Source: a virus
Taxonomy: Duplodnaviria; Caudoviricetes
Strand: one strand, 5' to 3'
IMG/VR virus record: IMGVR_UViG_3300042298_002341
Location: 1 to 57,486 of that record
Length of the DNA: 57,486 bases
This document shows, one piece after another, positions 27,930 to 36,700 of the stretch. The notes below the pieces were generated by a model. It was not told the origin of the DNA and searched no databases. It saw only the letters and a program-made list of their open reading frames with translations. A program made the position numbers and the translations under genes. The first letter of the stretch is position 1. Each line of letters opens with the position of its first letter.

Positions 27930-29090
27930 ATGGCTGACGCAACCACTTCAGTTGTCGAACAAACCAACATCCCGTCGTATGCGCGGCCCTACGTCGAGGA
28001 GATGCTCGGCGCAACGGCTGGGCAGATCTTCGACTATCAGATGGCTCCCAACCCGCAAACGGGACGGATGGAGCCGGTTCTGGACTCTACAGGGCGTCCT
28101 AGAATTGCTGGGTTCCGCCCGCAGGAAACCTACAGCGGCGAGCGCTTCGCGCAGTTCACGCCCCTGCAGATGCAGTCCTATCAGGGCGCGCAGAACCTTG
28201 GCGTCGCGCCTCAGTTGGGTGCCGCTACTGGGTTGGCTACCGCCGCAGGGCTAGGTGCGCTGGGTCAGCAGTATCAGGCGGGCACGTTCAATCCGCAGCA
28301 GATCGCCACGGGCACGTTCGGTCAGCCGCAGGCCGAGCAGTACATGAGCCCGTACATGCAGAGTGTCACCGACATTCAGCAACGGGAAGCGCAGCGGCAA
28401 GCAGACATCGCACGCACTCAGCTGCATGCGCAAGCCACGCGCTCGGGAGCCTTTGGCGGTGGGCGGCACGGCATCATGGAGGCCGAAGCCAATCGCAACC
28501 TCGCGCTTCAGCTTGGCGACATCCAAGCCACCGGCCTGCAAGCGGCCTACCAGAACGCGCAACAGCAGTTCAACGCGGATCAGAACCGCCGCCTCCAAGC
28601 CGCCATGGCGAACCAGCAGACTGGGATGCAAGGCCAGCAACTGGGGGAGCAGTCGCGCCAGTTCGGTGCCGGTCTCGGTATGCAGGGCGCGGGGCTCGGG
28701 CTGCAAGCCGCTGGGACGCTTGGGCAGCTTGGTCAGACGCAGTTTGGCCAGCAGACCGGAGCCCTTGGGATGCAGAACCAGTTCGGCACCCAGCAGCAAC
28801 AGCAGGTGCAGAACATCCTTGGTCAGCAGTATCAGGAGTTCATGGAGCAGCGCGACAACCCGTACAATCGTCTCGGGTTCATGTCGAACATGCTGCGCGG
28901 CCTGCCGCTGGCGCAGACGACTCAGATGAGTACTCCCGCTCAACCCAGCACTTTGAACCAGCTGCTTGGCATTGGTGTTGGCGCTGCCGGTCTTAGCCGG
29001 ATGTTTGCGGAAGGCGGTACGGTCGAAGATGACAACGCTAACGCTGGCCTGTACGACCTGATGCTGGCGCAAGTACGAGGAGCCGAGTGA
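27930..29090 (+). CDS. Internal virion/DNA transfer protein (putative)
   Basis: 386 aa, Q/G-rich; YMSPY, GAFGGGR; C-terminal MFAEGG. Confidence 0.7.
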   Translation: MADATTSVVEQTNIPSYARPYVEEMLGATAGQIFDYQMAPNPQTGRMEPVLDSTGRPRIAGFRPQETYSGERFAQFTPLQMQSYQGAQNLGVAPQLGAATGLATAAGLGALGQQYQAGTFNPQQIATGTFGQPQAEQYMSPYMQSVTDIQQREAQRQADIARTQLHAQATRSGAFGGGRHGIMEAEANRNLALQLGDIQATGLQAAYQNAQQQFNADQNRRLQAAMANQQTGMQGQQLGEQSRQFGAGLGMQGAGLGLQAAGTLGQLGQTQFGQQTGALGMQNQFGTQQQQQVQNILGQQYQEFMEQRDNPYNRLGFMSNMLRGLPLAQTTQMSTPAQPSTLNQLLGIGVGAAGLSRMFAEGGTVEDDNANAGLYDLMLAQVRGAE

Positions 29091-30688
29091 TGAATAAGTT
29101 TGCCATTAGCGCGCTCATCCCTAAGCTGCAAGACGAAGTATTAAAGCAGATTGCGCAAAAACGCAACCCGCTGGAGTCCCCTCTTGCGCTTGTGGAGCTT
29201 AACCGTCGTCAACAGATGCGACTGGAAAGCGCTGCGCCCGATGCACCGTCACACGGCCCCACCGTGTTCGATAGCCAAATGTCGAGGCTTGCTGGTACAG
29301 GACTTGGTCGGATTGCGCCCAATAACGTAGCGGTGATGGCTAAAGGCGGACTGGCTGCGCTTGCTGAAGATGACGATGATGTGCCGCGCTACAACGGGTC
29401 GCAAGAGCAGCTGGTGCGTGAGTGGAACGCCTTGCCGCCTGTACAGCGAGGAGCAGCCAGTAGCTTGGGAGAGTTGTTTGGCAATCTGTTTTCTAGAGAC
29501 GATCAGCGTATCGACCCTGAGACGCGAGAGCCGATCAGCTTTGCGGAGTTCCTGCGACGTAAAGAAGCGCGGCAGCTGACGGCACCGACTGCAGGTGCAG
29601 CTGGCGGCTATGATGATACACAGCGGTTGGCCAAGCGTGCGGCAACCGCCGCTGGCGAGCGCACTACCGGCGCTCCTGCCCCTGCTCCGGCTGGGGGTCG
29701 TCGGCCTGCGGGCCCGGCACTAGCGCCGGCAGCGGCTCCTGCTGCGCCGGCAGCGGCTCCTGTTGCGGCTGCGCCTACAGACTATGGCGCTCAGTTCGCT
29801 TCTGTGCTGGGCAAGTTGCCTGATCCGTTTGAAGCAGACCGCAATGCGCAGTTGGGGCGCGAAGCGGATGTAGCACAGCGTACGCTAAGAGCGCGTGAAG
29901 CGGTAAGCGCAAGGGCCGAAGAACTGTTCGGGGAACGCGGGCGGCGTTTGCAAGAAGATGAGCGTAACCTGTCAAAGCAGCGCAATCAAAATGTGGCGAT
30001 GTCGCTCATTCAGGCAGGTGCAGCGATTGCTACGACGCCGGGCCCGGCCATGGCAGCTATTGCGCGCGGTATGGGCGTGGGTGCTAAGCAGTATGAGTCG
30101 GGGCTTGTTGAACTGAACAAGTCCCAGCAGTTGCTACGCGCGTCGCGTGAACGTCTGGAAGATGCGCGTCTCGGCAATGAGCGTGAGAAGGCAATGGCGG
30201 GCGTAGAAGCCGAGCGTATGATCGCTGAAGCGCATGCACGCCGGTTGGCCGGCATTCAGGCTGTGTATAACGTCAACGTGCAGACTGCGCGTACTATCCT
30301 GTCTGAAGGGGCTCAAGATGTCAGGCATCAAAAAGACATCACGTCGCGCGAGCAGATAGCGCGTGAAGGTCACAAAGTGCAGCGTGAAGGTCACTCAGCG
30401 CAACTTAAAGCTGCCGGTATGGGCGCTGCCCCTCGTGATGCTGTTTCGTTGCTGGCTAACTCGATGAATATTCCGTACCATCAGGCGTTCCAGTACATGC
30501 AAACCGTTCAAGGTAAGCAGGCAGCGCTCAAGTACCTGTCGGATGATTGGGAAAAGAACGCGCAGCAGATCAGGATGAAGTTCCCCAACATCCAGTCGTT
30601 TGCGGACTATGCTGCTGCGCAAGGGATGCCGTTGGCCGGCGGTGCTGCGGGTTCTTCGCTACAATTTGAAGGCAAGCTGCCCAAGTAA
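29087..30688 (+). CDS. Internal virion protein (putative)
   Basis: 533 aa, helical; MAKGG motif; Pro/Ala linker. Confidence 0.65.
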   Translation: MMNKFAISALIPKLQDEVLKQIAQKRNPLESPLALVELNRRQQMRLESAAPDAPSHGPTVFDSQMSRLAGTGLGRIAPNNVAVMAKGGLAALAEDDDDVPRYNGSQEQLVREWNALPPVQRGAASSLGELFGNLFSRDDQRIDPETREPISFAEFLRRKEARQLTAPTAGAAGGYDDTQRLAKRAATAAGERTTGAPAPAPAGGRRPAGPALAPAAAPAAPAAAPVAAAPTDYGAQFASVLGKLPDPFEADRNAQLGREADVAQRTLRAREAVSARAEELFGERGRRLQEDERNLSKQRNQNVAMSLIQAGAAIATTPGPAMAAIARGMGVGAKQYESGLVELNKSQQLLRASRERLEDARLGNEREKAMAGVEAERMIAEAHARRLAGIQAVYNVNVQTARTILSEGAQDVRHQKDITSREQIAREGHKVQREGHSAQLKAAGMGAAPRDAVSLLANSMNIPYHQAFQYMQTVQGKQAALKYLSDDWEKNAQQIRMKFPNIQSFADYAAAQGMPLAGGAAGSSLQFEGKLPK

Positions 30689-30700
30689 GGACACGCCCCC

Positions 30701-33700
30701 ATGCAGACCTACGACGTAAAAGGCCCGGACGGACGCATCTATCGCTTCAAGGGCCCGGAAGGCGTCCCTCAAGAAGAACTTGAGGCTGCGGCGCGCAGGG
30801 AGTACCTGCGCCAGCCGGCCCCCGACAAGTCGAAGGAGGGGTTCTTTGCTGCGGCCAAGGCGGGCACTCAGCGCTTGGCTGGGGAAGCTGCGCTTACGGC
30901 CGGCAAGATGGGCATCATCGAGCCGGAGCGCGCCGAGCAGATCTACGCTGCGCAGCAACAGCGGGCGGCGGAACGGTTTCGCCCCACCGAAGATTCATGG
31001 CTGGAATCGCCACTGCTCAAGCTGAAGGAGCTTGCGGGCGGATCGGTTCCGTACATGATGGCCCCTGTGGCGGTAGGCGGTCTCGGGGCGTTGGCGGCAA
31101 CTGGTGTGGGGGCACCGGCTGCAGCGGGGATTGCTGCGCTGGGCGGTGCAGGGCTTACGTCCCTCACGCAGTTCACCGGCAGCAACCTTGCGCGTAACGT
31201 CGAAGAAGGCAAGCGTCTCGCTGAGACCAGCGGTGCGGGTGCGGTAGCAGCGGCCATCCCCCAAGCGGCCCTTGACGTTGTGTCTCTGCGGATGCTGCCC
31301 GGCATCGGGCGCATCTTCAACCGCGCAGGCGTCGAGATCAGCGAAGAGACGGCGCATCGTATTGCTCAGCAGAAGTTGCGCGAGCGCGTAGCAGACTACA
31401 CGCTGGCCACCGGCAAGGCGGCAGGCATCGAAGGCACCACGGAAGCCGCGCAGCAAGTGCTGGAGCGGCTGCAGGCCGGGCTGAGCATCACCGACGCCGA
31501 CGCGCGGAAAGAGTACTTCGAGAGCTTCATCGGCGGTGCGGTGCTGGGCGGAGCGATTGCGCCTGTCGGTACGGCGCTGGATCGTGGTCGTGCGGTGCGT
31601 GAAGGCACGCGCATGGGTGAAGAGCGGTTGAAGACTGGGCTGGAGATGGGTCCGCCAGACCTGCCCGCGCTGCTAGCTGGCCCGCCGGATCTTAGCGGTG
31701 CGTTTGGCCCGCCGACATGGGCCAAGGGGCTGGAGTCGGCTGGAGCACCTCCGCTCAAACTGGGGCTTTCCGAGACGCCTGACCAGCGACGCTCGCGTGT
31801 CGAGCAAGGGATTGCCGGCATCGAAGCCGAGCTTCAAGCGCGTGCGCAGGGCACAGAGCCCCTCACGCCGGAGCAGATCATCGCGCTCGATGCGCAGATG
31901 GAGCCCAAACGGCAGCAACTGGAAGCGCTCAAACAAGAGCTTGCCGAGATCGGCCCGCCTCCGCCGGCCCCGCCGCCCATGGCCTCGCTTCAGCAGCAGG
32001 AAACGAAGCTGCTGCAAGAGATCGAAGCGGCGCGTGGGCGCGGTGACCTGTCGCTGCAGGCACGGCTTGCGCGCAGGCTTGTCGAGGTGCGCCGGCTGAT
32101 GGGCAAGGCCCCGACCGAAGAGGCGATGCCGACGGCCACGGCGGAGACGCCAACGCCTGAAGTGCCGACCGTCGAAACGCCGCAGCCTACGGAAGCCGAG
32201 GCGCTGTATCAGCGCGCAGTCGAGGCGGTGCAGGCGTCGGGCAAGGCCAGCGTCTCCAGCATCCAGCAGGCGCTCACAATCGGGTACAAGCCCGCTGCCA
32301 AGCTGCTCAAGCAGATGGAGGAGGCGGGTGTCGTCAGCCCGCCGCAGGCCAATGGCCGACGCACGGTGCTGCAGCCTGCGCAGACGGCAGAGCCCGCCGA
32401 AGCCGTCAAGCCGGAGCCCACCGAGGCGCTGCCTGCGCCGACCACGCCTGCAGCAGAGACCACCGAGTTGACTGCGGCAGCGGAAACGACTGCCCCTGAG
32501 CCGACTGCCCCTGCCGAGAAGCCTACCAAACCCGCCAAGGCAGCACAAGCTGTTGCGCCGGCCGAGGAGCAGGCCGAAGCGCCGCTGCCGGAGTACAAGA
32601 CGTGGCCCCCGACGCAAGAGCCGGCTGAAGGTGCACCGAAAGGCGAGCAGTACTGGGGACCGCCGAAGATCACACCGACACGGGAGAAGCGCACCGATGA
32701 GTACGAGCGCAACCTGCTGGGGGCGCTGCGCCGGCTGACCAACTATTTCGAGCCGAGGAAGGGCATCAACCCGCAGACGCAGGCGGTCGAGATGATGCGC
32801 CCCGAGCCCACCGAGGCGCAAGTCGAGGCAGTCACGGAGCTTCTCACCCGAGGTCTGGAGCGTGGCAATCTGCGTGCCGAGGCACAGCGCGCAACGCGCG
32901 CGCAGGGGATGGCGGACGAGGAGCCGCGCATGCGCGGCGTCAACATCGACGCGGTCCGGGAACTCGTCAACGACATCGCCAAGAGCCCCGAGAAGCGCCA
33001 AGCCGTGCAGAAGGCGCTGCGTGACCCGGCAGGGTCCGACTTCTTCGACACGCTCAGCAAGCGCCTGTTGACGCGCGAGCGTCGGGAGTACCCCGTTCGC
33101 AAGCCGTCGCCTACACCCGCGAAAGCGGACAGCCCTGTCAGGCGGCTGAGCAGCGCGTACAAGCAGGCCGCTGGAGCCAAGCTGGGGGACGAAGACGCTG
33201 CGCTCATGCAGCAGTTGCGGCCCTTGCTGCCGCGCATCGCCACGGCTACGCCGGAGGTCGGAGATACCGACACGCGCGAGGTGGTGTCCAAGTGGCTGTC
33301 GTCAGCCGCGCAGGGCAAAGCGTCGGCCACAGCCCGCGCGCAAGTGGCCAAGATCGTGCAGTCGTACGGGGAGAAAGCCCCGCCCAAGCCCACCAAGGCG
33401 CAGCAGGTCGCTGAGAAGAAGCGGGCCGAGGCGCAGGCCAAGGCCGACAAGGAACTGGAGCAGGCGCACGCGGCGCTGGAGAAGGCCACCGCACCGCTGA
33501 AGGAGAAGCTCGCTGCGCTGCAGGATGCAGCCGCCAAGCTCGTGCAGGCGCGTGACCTTGAAGGCAAAGCCGCTGCGCAGAAGCGCAACGAGGCCATCAC
33601 CGGCCTGATGAAAGCCGAGAAGGCGTTGGAGCAGCTACGTCTGGAGATTGCCGCGCCGTTTGCCAAGCAGGCGTCCAAGGTGCTTCCCGGCTGGCGTGCA

Positions 33701-36700
33701 CAGGCCATGAGCGCCGACTACTCGGCCGCGCAGCAACTGATCCGCGTCTTCGAGCGTGCCACTGAGCAGGCGGCAGAGCAGCTGTTCACTTCGCGCTCGG
33801 GCATGACGGAGGCGCAGCTTCAGAACAGCATCTCCCTGCGCGAGGCGATCTCTGAGCTTCGGCAGGCGTACGAGTCCCCGGACAGCACCGCGCAGATCCG
33901 CAGTGATGCCGTCAAGGCGGTCGAGAACGCGCTGACCTACGTCCGCAACGCGGGACTGCCCAATGACAGCGTGAAGCGCATACGGCGTTTTGACGAGATG
34001 CTGGAGCTTGCGGACAGCGCTGCGAAGCGCTACGTCGAGCGTATGGGTCGGTTTGCCAACATCCAGCAGACGCTGCGTGACATTGACGCGGCGCGGTTCA
34101 TGGCGCTGTCGGTGCAGCACGCTGTCACGAAAGGCAACGCGGACAGGCTGATCGAAGCGCAGGAAGCGGTGGTGCAGGCCAAGCAGGAGGCCGACCTTGC
34201 GCAAGAGAGCATGAACGCTCTGGCCACGCAGCCTATGGAAGAGCAGCTGGGGCCGCTCCGCAAAGAGATTCGTCAACTGCGTGCCAAGCTGGACGACGCT
34301 GTCAAGGCCCTGTCAGTCACTCGCGACAAGAAGTCTGGCCCGCTCAGCGGCCAGCTTGGCAAAGCGCTGCTGCAGCTGAACGAAGATGTCATCATCGCCA
34401 TCGATCCGTTGAAGCCGTCCGAGATGACGAAGACGGATGATGGATGGGCGCTGAACTTCGAAGAGCGCACCGTCCGCGCGATCATGCATACGGCGTCTCC
34501 GCAGGCTATTGCCCGGCTGGAAGCCAAGTACGGCAAGGAAGCGCGTGAAGCTGACGAGCAGGCAGTGCGCCGCGTGTACGGCGATGTGTACGGCGCTGAC
34601 GGTGTTACGCCTGTTTCTAGGCGACGTATTGAGTTCCAGCGCGGGCTTTCACCTAAAGAAGAGGCGCGTATCGCTGCGCTCGAAGAAAAGTATGCAGACC
34701 TGCTGGCTCAACGCTTTACTGGCGATTCTGTCAATGACAAGCTGCTCAGCGAAGCGCGCGAAGCAGTAAAAGCCAAGATTGAAACGTACAACAACAAGGC
34801 CACGGAGCGTCAGAAAAAACTGGAGAACGCTTATGCAACGATGATCGCCTCGCGCAAACAACTGGAAGATGCCTTCGCTCAGACCACCACAGAGTTCAAT
34901 CAAGAACGCGACCCGCTGCTTGCCGAAAAAGACAGGCTACTGCAAGAACTAACTGTTGAACGCACGGCTGAGCAGATCAAAGCCATTCTTGGGCTCAAGA
35001 AAGACTTCTCGCTGGAGGTGCTAAAGGCGCGTCTCGACGCTAGTTACGCCAGCCGCATTGACAAGCTAGACGCCAAGATTAAAAAGTTCGAAGACGCGTA
35101 CAGTGCTAAACAGGACAAAACCATCACAGAGCTAGCCAAAGTCAATACGGCTTTTGAGCGAGATCGTGGCGTTTTTCGTACTACGTTGCCGACACGCGCC
35201 GAAATCGCGGCTGCACGCGGTAGCGTGACGCGCGCCGCCGAGAAGAAGCACATCGACGTGCTTCGCGGGCAGATCGAACTAGCTATGCTCATCACGCACA
35301 AAGCGGTAGAGCGTATTGCGGCCACGCAGCATAAACGTCGTGTCAGTTCACCGCTCATGCGTAAACTTAGCACGCTTGCCCAGTTCTACACAGGCGTAGG
35401 ACGCTCTCAAAAAGGCGGCGATGGGCGCGGGCGGCTGCTTGAAAGCACACGCGTTAGTGAACGAGACGTGCCGTTTAGCGCGTTTGAAATTCGACAAATC
35501 AATGAGCTTACAGACGCCATCACTGGCAAACCCGCACTTAAGCGTTCGGAAGCGCAAGCGCCGTACGTCGCAGGCGAACAGCCGACGATTAAGCGCGCAG
35601 CCGCCACGACGCTTGAGTCTTTCTTGACTGAAGCCGAAGCAACGGTGCTGGCGCGTACAGACATCAAGATGTCGGAAGTTAGCAGCATCATCACTGACGC
35701 AATCGATCTGACAACAGAACGCAGTTCAGCAGTTGGACGTGCTTTCTTTTCTGGCAAGCTGAATAAGCTACTGACCGGCCCCGCGCTTAAAGGCGAATCG
35801 GGCTCAGCCGTCGAGGCAGCCCTGAGGCGTTTGTACTCAATAGCGGCAGGTGAAACTGCCGGCACTCGTAGACCGCTGACAGAAGCCGAGCGTCTTGCAC
35901 AAGATGCTGAATTCTTGTCAAGTTCAGCCGTTGAACGACGTGCGATGTCCGTGGCACGGCAGCAGAAGATTGCCGAGCGTATGAAGCCTCGACCTATCAA
36001 TGACGAAGAAGCCAGCGCGCTGCGAGACGACAACGACTTCTACGCTCGGCAGACTGTCAATGATGTGAGCGCGGATGTGCAGCAGGCGTTGGAGAGCAAC
36101 GACCTGCCCGCAGCGCTTCGTCTGCTCAGCGAGAACGCCAGCAGCCCTGAGAACCGCGAGACGGCGCGCCGCCTCCTCGACAACATCGAGGGTGTGCGCG
36201 TGGTGGTCGCCGACGAAGTGACGCTCGATGGCAAGGCGGTCGAAGGCAAGTACAACCCGCAGTCGCTGACAATCACGCTCGACCGGGCACTGCTGAGCGA
36301 AGAGACGCTTCTGCACGAGGCCGCGCACCCGGCCACACTGAGCAGCCTCGACGCGCCGAAAGGCGAGCAGGCGCAGGCGGCGCGCGCCGAGCTTGAGAAG
36401 CTCTACAGCGAGGTCAAGGCCGATCCGAAGTTCGCCAAGGAGTACGCCTCGACCGACCTCAAGGAGTTCGTCTCCGAGCTTCTGTCCAACGCCGATCTGC
36501 GCAACAAGCTCGACGCCCGCGAGGGGCTGCTCAAACGCGTCTACAGGGCGCTGATGCGCCTGCTCGGGTTCGACACCCAGACCGCGTCGCAGAAGGCCAT
36601 GGCGCAGGCGTACAAGCTGTTCCAGCCGGCAAGCGCCGCGAGCGCCGATAAAACCATTGGCTCTGCCGGTAGAGTCAAAGACGCTGCAGTTACTTTCAGG

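Noticed and set aside
29723-30395. Two short 21-bp coding duplications (APAAAPA; REGH..REGH)
   Set aside because: Ordinary slippage in linker regions.
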